Positions 1-10,673 of a stretch of 64,000 nt of DNA are shown one piece after another (position 1 is the first letter of the stretch; each line of letters starts with the position of its first letter). This DNA comes from Gammaproteobacteria bacterium (lineage in GTDB: Bacteria > Pseudomonadota > Gammaproteobacteria > SZUA-229). The translations under genes were made by a program, and so were the position numbers. The stretch is from positions 28,924 through 92,923 of the forward strand of contig JAOUNI010000001.1 of NCBI GenBank assembly GCA_029881035.1, given 5' to 3'. The notes under the pieces are model-generated. The model was not told the origin of the DNA and did no database searches. It saw only the letters and a list, made by a program, of their open reading frames with translations.

Positions 1-505
1 GAGAAACGCTTCGCCACTAAGGCTAAAAAAACAGACAGGTGTTGTGCTGGTCATGGCGCTAATCATGTTACTGGTGTTGACGATTATTGGCGTTTCGTCG
101 ATGGGTGGATCAACACTGGAAATGAAGGTGGCGGGTAATATGCAGCAGCGTAATATTGCTTTTCAGGCCACACAATCAAGGCTGGCATTCGCTGGATCAA
201 GTGGTGCACCAAACCCTGTTGATTATCTTATTCCTATACCCGATACAAGTAACCCACCCGTACAGACCTGCAATCCTACAGATTCACCGCCATGTCCTGA
301 CGGTCCGGGCTGGGTAGCCACGGCGGAGGTGATTTACCTTAGTTGTGCCAAAGGTAGTGGTAATAGTCTTGAAGCGGGTAAAGGTGTTTCTTATCGAACA
401 TTTGAAATTAAAGCGAATGGACAAACGCCAACAGGTTCATCAAGGTCTGTTCAGGTTAGTGCTATGCGATACCCTGTAAAAGGGTGTGGAGATGAAATGT
501 TATGA
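1..505 (+). CDS. pilX: Type IV pilus minor pilin PilX (5' end just outside the window)
   Basis: Frame is open from base 2 (RNASPLRLKKQTG-VVLVMALIMLLVLTIIG), a prepilin-like QxG plus hydrophobic helix lacking Glu5. PilX-like 'LEMKVAGN..AFQA' follows. Lies upstream of pilY1. Confidence 0.85.
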   Translation, partial: RNASPLRLKKQTGVVLVMALIMLLVLTIIGVSSMGGSTLEMKVAGNMQQRNIAFQATQSRLAFAGSSGAPNPVDYLIPIPDTSNPPVQTCNPTDSPPCPDGPGWVATAEVIYLSCAKGSGNSLEAGKGVSYRTFEIKANGQTPTGSSRSVQVSAMRYPVKGCGDEML

Positions 506-819
506 AGCTGACAATTAAAATTTTATGTGTGGTCTCGGTATTTTTAAGTTCGTATGCCATTGCTGAAGAGCACCCTTTTGTGCCTCATGTGACTCATGTG
601 TTGAGTATTAAGCTCAGCAATGATCGAACTGGAATTATTAAAAATGTTGAATGTGTAGGCTGCGATTTCACCATAGTTAATATTACACCGAAAACTAAAG
701 CTTATAAAAATGGCATTGAAGTCGATTTGCTGGAAGCAAAAATGCAGGCAGGTAAACCTGCGTTGGTGTCGTTTAATCCTGAAACAAGAGAAGTACAAAC
801 TATCAGATGGTCTGAGTAG
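502..819 (+). CDS. Small exported hypothetical protein in the minor-pilin operon (CxxC)
   Basis: ATGA overlap with the pilX stop, Sec signal peptide ending AIA, CVGC motif, 105 aa. Confidence 0.75.
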   Translation: MKLTIKILCVVSVFLSSYAIAEEHPFVPHVTHVLSIKLSNDRTGIIKNVECVGCDFTIVNITPKTKAYKNGIEVDLLEAKMQAGKPALVSFNPETREVQTIRWSE

Positions 820-863
820 TTAATGGTCTGAATAGTTAGTTGAGATTTACAAAGAGGTTCGTC

Positions 864-3800
864 ATGAAAAACATGTGCACACGGATAAAAAAAGCTTCAA
901 TTGGATTTATGCTGGCTTGTTGCCTGGCAGCGCCTGTATTTGCGGACGATATCGAAATTTATACCGATGTGAATCTGCTGGGCCCTCTCGCGGAGCCTAA
1001 TATTATGTTTGTGATGGATTCATCAAGCACCATGGGCAATACTCTGCCAGCACCTGTCGCTTATGACTACCAGGTTACTTATGATCTGGCGGGCGGATAC
1101 GATCCAGGTAAAATCTATTACACCACTGATGGTTCGACTCCAGCGACGAATGGTGATTTTTTTGACTGGGCCGCTAATCACTGTGATCATGCTGTAAGAG
1201 AGTATGTGGGTACAGTACGGGGTAGTGCCTACACAGGATCTTTATATACCGTCGGTATGTATTCAGGGCAAATTGCACAATTTTATGACCAGTCAGGTAA
1301 GCAGTTCTGGCGTCCCTTGTCTACCAATAATGCCACCACACAAGCCTATCCTATAGAGTGTTATCAGGACCATGGTATTCATGGCAGTAATACCGGAGCG
1401 AATAATTATATTGCCAACAAACCGGACACAACTAGTGGTTGGGCGGTTACTGATACTGGCGTAGCTGCAGTCATCTGGGCCAACAATGCGAATAATTACA
1501 CTTTATTTACCGGCAATTATTTAAATTATCTGGTTGATCCTGCCGTTATTGGCAGTGCAATTCAGATTTCTCTGTTTGATCAATTGAAAAAAGCTATCCA
1601 GGATCTGGTGGATGCTTCTTCTAATATCAAGATTGGCCTGATGCAGTATGACAGAAGAATCAATTTAATTGGTGGCGTTGACCATGGTGGTGAAGGTGGC
1701 CCCGTCATTTATCCGGCGTTGAGTGTGAACCTGTCACGTGCCGACTTCAAGAATCGTCTGGGTAATATGCAAATTGGTACTGACCCGGTTATTGCAGAGA
1801 CTTATTTTGAGACCCTGAAATATTTTGGTGGTGCCGAGGCTCATTATGGTACGAATTCGCTACCCAGTAATCAGGTCGGCAGTATGGATCCGGGTAATGT
1901 GAATTACGAAACACCGATTACTGAAACCTGTCAGAAAAATTACATCGTCGTAGTCTCGAATGGATTGTCAAGTTACGACTATCTGGATGCAGCTAAACAA
2001 GGATCATTACCGGGTTTCGTCAATGGTCCACTGGAGTGTAATTCAGCGCCTTATACGCCGGGTTACTCTAACTATTATGATATGACCAGTGCAGCCACGA
2101 TGGAGACATCATCTGAGACATATACTATTGATAACTGCCTGGATGAAATGGCTGAGTGGGCATTGAATAACGATGTTGCGCATCGCACTGATATTGCGGC
2201 ACATGATGGTGAGCAAAATATAACCACTTATACAATAGGTTTTGCTTTCGATTCTAGTGCTTCGCTGGTATTGAAGGCAGGTGAGCAGTTGCTGAGAGAC
2301 ACGGCTAAACGAGGCGGTGGTAAATTTGTGACAGCAAGTGATGGTGCACAACTCGCCAGTGTTTTGAATGAACTGGTTGCGGAAATTCTCAAGGTTAATG
2401 CAACTTTTTCATCACCGGCGGTATCGGTGAATGCATTTAACCGCGCCACTAATCTCGATGATCTTTTCTTTACCCTGTTCAAACCAACCGATGGTGAGCA
2501 CTGGGAAGGTAATCTAAAGAAATTCAAGCTGGAGTTTGCAAGTGGTGTACCATTTGTCGCTGACGCAAATCATAATCCAGCCATTGATGGTATCACGGGT
2601 TTCTTTAAAGATACTTCGGTGAGTTATTGGACACAGGCGGTGGATGCACCAGACGGGGCTGAAACTGCGAAAGGTGGTGCGGCGGGCATGCTTTCAGTTT
2701 CGCCAGCGCGAAATGTTTATACATTTACCGGTACTTACTCAGGGACTACGGGTGTACTGACACCGAGTACTACTGATTTAACATCGGCGAGTAATGAGTT
2801 AAGTGTATCAAATGCCGCAGTGACGGATACTCTGCTTGGTACAGTTGGTTATCTGCCCTTTATTACTCCTGTACCCTATAGGGAATCCTTACTTGACTGG
2901 GCCTCAGGCATTGATGTTTTTGATAATGATGGTGATGGATCAATAATAGATGCTCGCCGGGTGATGGGAGACCCGCTGCATGCAGAACCGGCTTTGGTTC
3001 AGTATGGTGAGTTGACGGGTAATGTCCCTGATCTGGTTGCTTACGTTGCAACTAACGACGGTTATTTACACGCATTTAATACCATTACAGGCGTGGAGCA
3101 CTTTGCTTTTGTTCCACAGGAGATGTTACCAAAGCTGAAGAATATTTTTGAAGATACAGGTGTTAATGGTAAAGCCTATGGTCTGGATGGCAATGTAGTA
3201 TCGTGGATTAATGATGCGAACAACGATGGTACGATTACAGGCGCAGGGGAGCATGTTTATCTCTATTTCGGTATGCGCCGAGGTGGTCGTTATATTTATT
3301 CCATGGATGTTACTAACAGAAATGCACCTACCTTACGTTGGGTGATAGAAGGCGGCACCGGTGATTACGCTGAATTGGGTGACACCTGGTCATCGCCCAA
3401 CATTGAAAAAATTAAAACCGGGCCTGGTGCCACCGATTATAAAGTAGTTCTGATTTTTGGTGCGGGCTATGATGTTAATCAGGATAATTTGATAACACGT
3501 GGTACAGATACCGTGGGCCGGGGTATTTTTATTGTTGATGCGACCACTGGTGAAATGCTGTGGCGTGCAGGTCCAGATGGTACCGCAGACTTACAATTGA
3601 CTGATATGCTGTATAGCATTCCCGGTCGAATCAAACCACTTGATGTTGATGGTGATGGTTATGTTGATCGATTGCTCGCGGGTGATATGGGCGGTCAACT
3701 CTGGCGTATTGATATTGATAATGATGCAAATACGGCATCTACTCTGGCAATAACTGGAGGCCGGATCGCTGATCTGGCATTAGATGGCAGCGTTAATGAC

Positions 3801-4484
3801 AATCGTCGTTTTTATAATCCACCAGATGCGGCTATTATACTTCAGCAAGGTCAGGCACCTTACATTGCAATTGTTGCTGCCTCAGGGTACAGAGCGCATC
3901 CACTGCAAACAGATACGCATGATCGTGTTTATATGATTCGTGATTATGATGTGTATAATGCGCCTGCAGGAAGCCCTCCTGTTTATACCACGATAACTGA
4001 AGCTGATCTATTTGATACCACGCAGAATGATATTGGACAAGGTACGAAGGTTCAAATTGATGCGGCGAAGACCTCTTTGAATGGTGCTAAAGGCTGGTAT
4101 ATTACGCTTCAGGAAATCAATAACTCATTCGTTGGAGAGAAGTCTTTATCTGAGCCGCTGATTTTGAACGGTGTTGCTGTCTTTACTAGTTATATCCCTG
4201 CGACTGCAGGTCTGACCAGTAATAGCTGTACTCCCAATGATGGTACTGGTGCAATCTACTTTGTTAACGTAGTCGATGGTACGCCAACAAAGGATAATGA
4301 TGCTGATAATGTAAAGAAAAGAGAAGATCGAAGAGTACTGCTGGCTCGTGGAGGTATCCCACCAACACCACGAATTATCATTACTAAGGATGGCGTTCCT
4401 ACTTTGTGTGTTGGTACCGAGTGTAGTAAGGCAGATGATGTGGGTTCTGTTCAGAAGATGTATTGGTATGAAGTTGAAGAATAA
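864..4484 (+). CDS. pilY1: Type IV pilus tip adhesin PilY1 (vWA-like N-terminus, beta-propeller C-terminus)
   Basis: Signal peptide then DDIEIY; MFVMDSSSTM MIDAS-like motif; WEGNLKKF, MGDPLHAEP, TNDGYLHAF; Ca-binding loop DVDGDGYVD. ATG at 864 follows AGAGG. Confidence 0.93.
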   Translation: MKNMCTRIKKASIGFMLACCLAAPVFADDIEIYTDVNLLGPLAEPNIMFVMDSSSTMGNTLPAPVAYDYQVTYDLAGGYDPGKIYYTTDGSTPATNGDFFDWAANHCDHAVREYVGTVRGSAYTGSLYTVGMYSGQIAQFYDQSGKQFWRPLSTNNATTQAYPIECYQDHGIHGSNTGANNYIANKPDTTSGWAVTDTGVAAVIWANNANNYTLFTGNYLNYLVDPAVIGSAIQISLFDQLKKAIQDLVDASSNIKIGLMQYDRRINLIGGVDHGGEGGPVIYPALSVNLSRADFKNRLGNMQIGTDPVIAETYFETLKYFGGAEAHYGTNSLPSNQVGSMDPGNVNYETPITETCQKNYIVVVSNGLSSYDYLDAAKQGSLPGFVNGPLECNSAPYTPGYSNYYDMTSAATMETSSETYTIDNCLDEMAEWALNNDVAHRTDIAAHDGEQNITTYTIGFAFDSSASLVLKAGEQLLRDTAKRGGGKFVTASDGAQLASVLNELVAEILKVNATFSSPAVSVNAFNRATNLDDLFFTLFKPTDGEHWEGNLKKFKLEFASGVPFVADANHNPAIDGITGFFKDTSVSYWTQAVDAPDGAETAKGGAAGMLSVSPARNVYTFTGTYSGTTGVLTPSTTDLTSASNELSVSNAAVTDTLLGTVGYLPFITPVPYRESLLDWASGIDVFDNDGDGSIIDARRVMGDPLHAEPALVQYGELTGNVPDLVAYVATNDGYLHAFNTITGVEHFAFVPQEMLPKLKNIFEDTGVNGKAYGLDGNVVSWINDANNDGTITGAGEHVYLYFGMRRGGRYIYSMDVTNRNAPTLRWVIEGGTGDYAELGDTWSSPNIEKIKTGPGATDYKVVLIFGAGYDVNQDNLITRGTDTVGRGIFIVDATTGEMLWRAGPDGTADLQLTDMLYSIPGRIKPLDVDGDGYVDRLLAGDMGGQLWRIDIDNDANTASTLAITGGRIADLALDGSVNDNRRFYNPPDAAIILQQGQAPYIAIVAASGYRAHPLQTDTHDRVYMIRDYDVYNAPAGSPPVYTTITEADLFDTTQNDIGQGTKVQIDAAKTSLNGAKGWYITLQEINNSFVGEKSLSEPLILNGVAVFTSYIPATAGLTSNSCTPNDGTGAIYFVNVVDGTPTKDNDADNVKKREDRRVLLARGGIPPTPRIIITKDGVPTLCVGTECSKADDVGSVQKMYWYEVEE

Positions 4485-4500
4485 TAAAGGTGCTAGAGTC

Positions 4501-4914
4501 ATGAAAAAAAATAACGGATTTACATTGATCGAGTTAATGATTGTAGTTGTAATCATTGGCATACTAACTGCTGTTGCTGCTCCTAGTTATATGGATTATT
4601 TAAGAGAATCCCGGCGTGCAGATGCCAAGGTCGGACTGACCAAGCTTGCAGATAAACAGGAGAGGTATTATTTGCAGAATAATATCTATGCCACTACGCT
4701 TGCTAATTTAAATATTACTAGTAGTGCTTCTGACGAAGGCCTCTATACGTTGTCAATTACATCTGCTGATGTGAGTGGATTTGTTGTTACAGCGACTGCA
4801 GTGGCTAGCGGCCCACAGGCAAATGATACAGGCTGTACTGTAATGACACTTAGTTCGACAAGTGCAAGAGGATCAGGCGGTAGTGTAACTGCGGATTCTA
4901 ATAACTGCTGGTAA
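4501..4914 (+). CDS. pilE: Type IV minor pilin PilE
   Basis: MKKNNG|FTLIELMIVV prepilin motif with Glu5; PSY..SRRADA; C-terminal Cys pair ending CW. Confidence 0.92.
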   Translation: MKKNNGFTLIELMIVVVIIGILTAVAAPSYMDYLRESRRADAKVGLTKLADKQERYYLQNNIYATTLANLNITSSASDEGLYTLSITSADVSGFVVTATAVASGPQANDTGCTVMTLSSTSARGSGGSVTADSNNCW

Positions 4915-4936
4915 TTGGTAAAGCCTAAAAGCAATT

Positions 4937-5872
4937 TTATCTTAACTCACGGGGTAGCTGGAATCGAATAGATTCCGCTACTCCGTTATCGTTATGAATG
5001 GTTGCCTGAAACTGTTTTTTTAGTTTATCCATTACTTCTTTAACTAGTACTTCGGGTGCAGAGGCGCCGGCAGTTACGCCGATGGCTTTGGCTGAAGCAA
5101 ACCATGTTTTATCGATGTCATTGGCATCATCAATCAAATAGGCCGGCACACCCTGATTTTCAGCGAGTTCACGTAGCCGGTTTGAATTTGAGCTATTAGT
5201 TGAGCCAATAACTAAAAAAACATCAACCTGTTTTGATAATTCTCTGACGGCATCCTGCCGGTTTTGTGTGGCATAACAGATGTCATCTTTACGCGGTGGC
5301 CCCTGAATATCAGGGAAGCGCTTGCTCAAAGCCTCAATAATTTGGCGAGTATCATCCACTGATAAAGTGGTTTGAGAAACATAAGCCAGCTTTTCAGGAT
5401 TGTCGATATTGAGTTTATCGACATCTTTAATCGTTTCGACAAGATAAATTTGGCTATCAGATGTGGATTTATATTGACCTAAAGTGCCTTCAACTTCTGG
5501 ATGTCCTGCATGGCCGATTAGGATAACGTTATTATTTTTTTTAGCGTGACGGGCGACTTCAAGATGAACTTTTGTTACCAGTGGGCAAGTTGCATCAAAT
5601 ATGCGAAGTTTTCTGCTACTTGCTTCAGCGCGAACCGCCTGCGATACACCATGCGCACTAAAAATAACCGTTGAGTGATCGGGTACTTCATTCAGTTCTT
5701 CGACAAAAATAGCACCTTTTTGTGCAAGATCATTAACAACGTAACGGTTATGCACAACCTCATGTCGAACGTAAACGGGCGCGCCAAAAATATCTAGTGT
5801 ACGTTCAACAATATCGATAGCGCGGTCAACGCCAGCACAAAATCCACGGGGGTTTGCTAGATAAATGTCCAT
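4937..5872 (-). CDS. ispH: 4-hydroxy-3-methylbut-2-enyl diphosphate reductase
   Basis: [30 protein letters not shown] and SSNS motifs. Confidence 0.98.
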   Translation of the reverse strand: MDIYLANPRGFCAGVDRAIDIVERTLDIFGAPVYVRHEVVHNRYVVNDLAQKGAIFVEELNEVPDHSTVIFSAHGVSQAVRAEASSRKLRIFDATCPLVTKVHLEVARHAKKNNNVILIGHAGHPEVEGTLGQYKSTSDSQIYLVETIKDVDKLNIDNPEKLAYVSQTTLSVDDTRQIIEALSKRFPDIQGPPRKDDICYATQNRQDAVRELSKQVDVFLVIGSTNSSNSNRLRELAENQGVPAYLIDDANDIDKTWFASAKAIGVTAGASAPEVLVKEVMDKLKKQFQATIHNDNGVAESIRFQLPRELR

Positions 5873-5878
5873 GACTAG

Positions 5879-6340
5879 TTATTGTTCATGAGGTAAAAAA
5901 GCATGAGTGTTGTTAACATCAAGAACTTTTACAGAAAAAACTAGTTCTAGTCCAGCAAGCGGATGATTAAAGTCCACTTCAACCAAATCTTTTTTGATGG
6001 TTCGAATGGTGCCGAGTAAATCCTCATTATCTGGAGTTCCGAAGTTAAAAATCAGACCTGCTTCAGGTTTTAATTCATCATTGAAATCTGATAACGGTAT
6101 GTCATGAATATTTTCTTCGTCACGAAAACCAAAACATTGCTCCGGGGTCAGGGTGAGGGTTTGCTCATCATCAGATCTGAGTCCGATCAGAGCCAGCATC
6201 ATGCCCTCAGGTAGTGAGGAATCATACATGTTAATTTCTAAAGGCTCATCATCAAAGCTGCTTTCAATAATTGTACCGTCAGTTAAGCTAAGGCTGTAGT
6301 GTAATAAAACAAAGCTGGTCTGGTTAATTTTTTCAGACAT
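5879..6340 (-). CDS. fkpB: FKBP-type peptidyl-prolyl isomerase FkpB/SlpA
   Basis: VDFNHPLAG motif; conserved lspA-fkpB-ispH order; ATG at 6340 overlaps the lspA end. Confidence 0.9.
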   Translation of the reverse strand: MSEKINQTSFVLLHYSLSLTDGTIIESSFDDEPLEINMYDSSLPEGMMLALIGLRSDDEQTLTLTPEQCFGFRDEENIHDIPLSDFNDELKPEAGLIFNFGTPDNEDLLGTIRTIKKDLVEVDFNHPLAGLELVFSVKVLDVNNTHAFLPHEQ

Positions 6341-6857
6341 GATTTTTTTCCTCAAAATGTTCTTTGATCATGTCGATCAATAGTAGTCCAGCGCCAAGCG
6401 TAATAGCCGAGTCGGCAATATTAAAAGCAGGCCAGAAGCATTGTGGCCCTGTTGCCAGTTGCCACAACGAAAAACCGGGCAGGCAAGTATCGGCCTGATA
6501 ATAATATTGGATAAAGTCGATAACGTGGCCATACAGAGCACGGTCTATTAAATTGCCGATAGCGCCACCAAGAATTAAAGCCAGGCCTGCAGAGAGCAAC
6601 TTTTTATGGATGCTGGTTTGTTTGAGCCAGAAAAAAAGAAACAGACTGATGGCTGACGAGAGGGCAATAAAAAACCAGCGCTGCCAGCCACCCGCGTCAC
6701 TGAGAAAACTAAAGGCAGCACCTTCGTTGTACATGAGCGTCCAGTTTAAATTGGGTATGGCTGGCAAAGCCTTATGTGCGACCAGAGACTGCTCGGCCAT
6801 TTGCTTGGTGATCTGATCGATCACGGTAACAATTACGGTTAACCATAGCCAGTTCAT
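6333..6857 (-). CDS. lspA: Lipoprotein signal peptidase II
   Basis: DQITK, NEGAAFS, GNLIDR, VIDFI and WPAFNIADS motifs. Confidence 0.97.
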   Translation of the reverse strand: MNWLWLTVIVTVIDQITKQMAEQSLVAHKALPAIPNLNWTLMYNEGAAFSFLSDAGGWQRWFFIALSSAISLFLFFWLKQTSIHKKLLSAGLALILGGAIGNLIDRALYGHVIDFIQYYYQADTCLPGFSLWQLATGPQCFWPAFNIADSAITLGAGLLLIDMIKEHFEEKNHV

Positions 6858-6866
6858 TATTAATAC

Positions 6867-9701
6867 CTAGGCGAAGCGCCGGGTCTCGCCATCGCCGGCT
6901 ACGTTTTCTACGCAGCGGCCGCAGAGCTCGGGGTGAGTATGATTCTGGCCTACGTCTTCACGATGGTGCCAGCAGCGAACGCACTTGGTATGTTCGGATG
7001 CATGAACGGCAATTTTAATAGTGTCGCCATTCGCTAAAGCAGCTGTCACGCAATCAGTGTTTGCATTGTTGGCAGAATCCACTTTTGCGTTAGAGGTAAT
7101 CAGTACAAAGCGCAGCTCATCCTCGAGTTTATTTAGCTTGGTATAAAGTTTGCCGTCGCAGTAAATAACGACTTCGGCATCCAGTGATGAGCCAATCTTG
7201 TTTTCATTACGCAGGTTTTCAAGTTGTTTGCTAACTGCAGCTCTTGTTTCAAGAATGCTTTGCCAGAAATCCATGTTCATGGCTTCATCGGCATCCAGTG
7301 AATACAGACCCTGATACCAGCCTTCCAGAAAAATAGATGTTGGGTGACTGCCGGGAATTTGTTTCCAGATGTCTTCAGCGGTGAAGCTCAGAATAGGTGC
7401 CATCCAGCGGGACATGGCCTCAACGATGTGATAAAGCGCAGTCTGTGCGGAACGTCGCGCTACGCTGTTTGTTTGCGTGGTGTATTGCCTGTCCTTGATG
7501 ACGTCAAGATAAAAACCGCCCAGATCAACGGCGCAGAAGTTGTGCAGTTTCTGATAAATCAAATGGAAGTTGTAGCTGCTGTAGGCGGCGATGATTTCCT
7601 GCTGTAATGCGTGGGTCTTTGCAACGGCCCAACGGTCCAGCGGTAACATGTCCTGTGCATTGAGAATATGTTGTGATGGCTCGAAGCCAGTCAGGTTAGA
7701 AAGTAGAAAGCGTGCGGTGTTACGAATGCGGCGATAAGTATCGGCAGAGCGATTTAGAATTTCATCCGATACCGTCATTTCAGCACTGTAGTCACTGCTG
7801 GCAACCCACAGCCTGAGAATATCCGCACCCAATGAGTTAACAATCTTCTGTGGTGAAACCACGTTACCCAGAGACTTGGACATTTTGTGGCCTTTGGCAT
7901 CAACCGTGAAGCCGTGCGTTAAAACGCTTTTATAAGGGGCAACACCATTCATGGCGGTGGAGCTTAATAACGAAGACTGGAACCAGCCACGGTGCTGGTC
8001 AGAACCTTCCAGATATAAATCGGCCGGGAAGGGCAGGCTGTCGCGCTGCTCGAGCACGCAGGCGTGGGTGACGCCGGAATCAAACCAGACATCCAGGGTG
8101 TCCGTGGTTTTTTCATAGTGTTCGGCGTCGTCGCCAATTAATTCACTGGCTTCAAGTTCAAACCAGGCATCGATACTTTCTTTTTCAATACGCAGCGCAA
8201 TGGCTTCAATCAGTGGCTTTGTGTTCGGATGAAGCTCGCCGGTTTCCTTGTGTACAAACAGGGTAATCGGCACGCCCCAGGTGCGCTGTCTTGAAATGCA
8301 CCAGTCGGGACGATTTTTAATCATGGCTTCGATGCGCGCCTGACCCCAGTCAGGAATCCAGTTGGTTTTATCAACCTCCTGCAAAGCCTGCTTGCGCAAA
8401 CCATTTTGTTCCATGCTGATAAACCACTGCGGCGTGGCACGGAAAATAATCGGTGTTTTATGGCGCCAGCAGCAGGGATAGCTGTGTTTCAGTTTTGCCA
8501 GTTTGAGCAGTGCGCCATTTTGTTCCAGCGTTTCAAGAATAACGCTGTTGGCTTTGTGAACGTGTATGCCAGCAAATAATTCGGTATCAGGCAGGAAAAC
8601 ACCGTCGCTGCCGACCGGGTTATAGACTTCCAGTCCATAACGATTGCCGACAATGTAGTCATCCTGGCCATGGCCGGGTGCCGTGTGTACAGCGCCGGTA
8701 CCGGTTTCGGTGGTAACGTGATCACCGAGAATAATCGGTACCTGTTTGTCGTAGAAAGGATGTTGCAACAACAGATTTTCCAGTTGCTGGCCGGTGCATG
8801 TGCCTAGCACAGTGCTGTCTTCGAAGCCGTAACGACGTAAGGCGCTCTCAGCCAGCGTCTGCTCGAGCAGAAGACGAGCGGGACCATTGGCCGTTGTCAC
8901 CTGGATCAATTGATAATTGAAATCAGGGTGCAAACACACCGCCTGATTGGCAGGCAGGGTCCATGGGGTGGTTGTCCAGATGACCGCTGCAACATTACCT
9001 TCACCTTTGTCGCTGCAGCCACAGGCATTGAGAAATGCCTGCTCATCAACCGCTTTGAACATCACGTCGATTGCTGGTGATTCTTTGTCCTGATATTCAA
9101 CTTCAGCTTCAGCCAGTGCCGAGCCACAATCCAGGCACCAGTGCACCGGCTTGCTGCCTTTGTGCAGATGGCCTTTTTCGATCACCTTGCCGAGTGAGCG
9201 CACGATATCCGCTTCAAATTTAAAGTCCATGGTGAGATAGGGTTTGTCCCATTCACCAAACACGCCGAGGCGAATAAAATCTTTGCGCTGGCCATCGACC
9301 TGTTTAGTCGCGTATTCACGACATTTTTGCCGGAATGTTTTTGCATCAACTTTAACGCCGGCTTTGCCGACCTTTTTCTCGACCATTAATTCAATCGGCA
9401 AACCATGGCAGTCCCAGCCGGGCACGTAACGCGCATCAAAGCCATCGATAGTTTTGCTTTTGATGATGATGTCTTTGAGAATTTTATTAACTGCGTGGCC
9501 GATGTGGATGTCGCCATTGGCGTAAGGTGGGCCATCATGCAAAACAAATGTCGGGCGGCCTTTGCTGGCTTCGCGGATTTGTTGGTATAGGCCGTCTTTG
9601 TCCCAGTTTTTCAGTATTTCGGGTTCGCGGTTGGCGAGATTACCGCGCATTGGAAAGTCGGTGTGAGGCAGGTTCAGCGTTGGCTTGTAATCGGTCGTCA
9701 T
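6867..9701 (-). CDS. ileS: Isoleucine--tRNA ligase
   Basis: [21 protein letters not shown]-terminal zinc finger CVRCW..CGRC. Confidence 0.99.
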   Translation of the reverse strand: MTTDYKPTLNLPHTDFPMRGNLANREPEILKNWDKDGLYQQIREASKGRPTFVLHDGPPYANGDIHIGHAVNKILKDIIIKSKTIDGFDARYVPGWDCHGLPIELMVEKKVGKAGVKVDAKTFRQKCREYATKQVDGQRKDFIRLGVFGEWDKPYLTMDFKFEADIVRSLGKVIEKGHLHKGSKPVHWCLDCGSALAEAEVEYQDKESPAIDVMFKAVDEQAFLNACGCSDKGEGNVAAVIWTTTPWTLPANQAVCLHPDFNYQLIQVTTANGPARLLLEQTLAESALRRYGFEDSTVLGTCTGQQLENLLLQHPFYDKQVPIILGDHVTTETGTGAVHTAPGHGQDDYIVGNRYGLEVYNPVGSDGVFLPDTELFAGIHVHKANSVILETLEQNGALLKLAKLKHSYPCCWRHKTPIIFRATPQWFISMEQNGLRKQALQEVDKTNWIPDWGQARIEAMIKNRPDWCISRQRTWGVPITLFVHKETGELHPNTKPLIEAIALRIEKESIDAWFELEASELIGDDAEHYEKTTDTLDVWFDSGVTHACVLEQRDSLPFPADLYLEGSDQHRGWFQSSLLSSTAMNGVAPYKSVLTHGFTVDAKGHKMSKSLGNVVSPQKIVNSLGADILRLWVASSDYSAEMTVSDEILNRSADTYRRIRNTARFLLSNLTGFEPSQHILNAQDMLPLDRWAVAKTHALQQEIIAAYSSYNFHLIYQKLHNFCAVDLGGFYLDVIKDRQYTTQTNSVARRSAQTALYHIVEAMSRWMAPILSFTAEDIWKQIPGSHPTSIFLEGWYQGLYSLDADEAMNMDFWQSILETRAAVSKQLENLRNENKIGSSLDAEVVIYCDGKLYTKLNKLEDELRFVLITSNAKVDSANNANTDCVTAALANGDTIKIAVHASEHTKCVRCWHHREDVGQNHTHPELCGRCVENVAGDGETRRFA

Positions 9702-9725
9702 GTTGGCTTACTGTAAAATTTTTAT

Positions 9726-10670
9726 TTAAGTGGTCAGGCCGTGCAATTCACGTGCCTTGAGGCAATCAAGCTTAATCTGGTCTTTGAGGTTGTCAAAAGA
9801 CTCAAACTTCTGCTCATCGCGGATTTTATGGTGAAAAGCGATACAGACATTTTGCCCGTAAATGTCCTGATTGAAATCAAACAGGTGGACTTCGAGCTGT
9901 ACTCGTACGCCATCCACCGTCGGGCGTCGTCCAACATTGGCGATACCTTTCACTGTGCCTAATGTACTGGAATGCATGGTAACAGAATATACCCCATGTA
10001 GTGGGGTGCTTGGACGATGCAGGTGAATATTGGCGGTTGGAAAGCCGATAGTGCGACCGCGTTTGTCGCCATGAGCCACGCGGCCACAGATCTGGTAAGG
10101 CCTGCCCAGCATTTTTTTGCTGGCATCGAGCTGGTTTTCGATCAGAGCATTGCGGATGCGTGTGCTGCTGACGCGGAGATCATCAATGTGATGGGTCGAT
10201 AAAGAAGCGACTTCAAAACCATGTCTGGCGCCGTACTCCTGCAGTAATTCCAGATTGCCCTTGCGGTCGCGGCCAAACTGGAAATCATCACCGATCACCA
10301 GCGCCTTGATGGCGAGAGCATCGATGAGCACTTTCTGGATGAATTCATCGGCCGTCATGGAGCAGAATTCGGCATTGAAATTCATCAGCATCAGGTAATC
10401 AGGGCAAAGTACCGGTGAATAGCTGGCCAGTGCTACCAGCTTATCGCGGGTATTCATCAGGCGAGGTCGGCCATGTGTGCTGGAAAAATACTCGTGTGGC
10501 AGAGGGTCGAAACTCATCATGCAGCGTTTGACCTGATGTTTATCAGCGATCTCGGTCAACAGCTTAAGCAAAGCTTGATGGCCCAGATGAATGCCATCGA
10601 AATTACCAATGGTGAGTGCGCAACCTCGGTGTTCAGGCTTAAGATTGTGGTATCCGCGGATTAAATGCAT
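9726..10670 (-). CDS. ribF: Riboflavin kinase / FAD synthetase
   Basis: TIGNFDGIHLGH, SSTRIR, GRTIGFPTAN and EVHLFDF motifs. Confidence 0.98.
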   Translation of the reverse strand: MHLIRGYHNLKPEHRGCALTIGNFDGIHLGHQALLKLLTEIADKHQVKRCMMSFDPLPHEYFSSTHGRPRLMNTRDKLVALASYSPVLCPDYLMLMNFNAEFCSMTADEFIQKVLIDALAIKALVIGDDFQFGRDRKGNLELLQEYGARHGFEVASLSTHHIDDLRVSSTRIRNALIENQLDASKKMLGRPYQICGRVAHGDKRGRTIGFPTANIHLHRPSTPLHGVYSVTMHSSTLGTVKGIANVGRRPTVDGVRVQLEVHLFDFNQDIYGQNVCIAFHHKIRDEQKFESFDNLKDQIKLDCLKARELHGLTT

Positions 10671-10673
10671 GTC

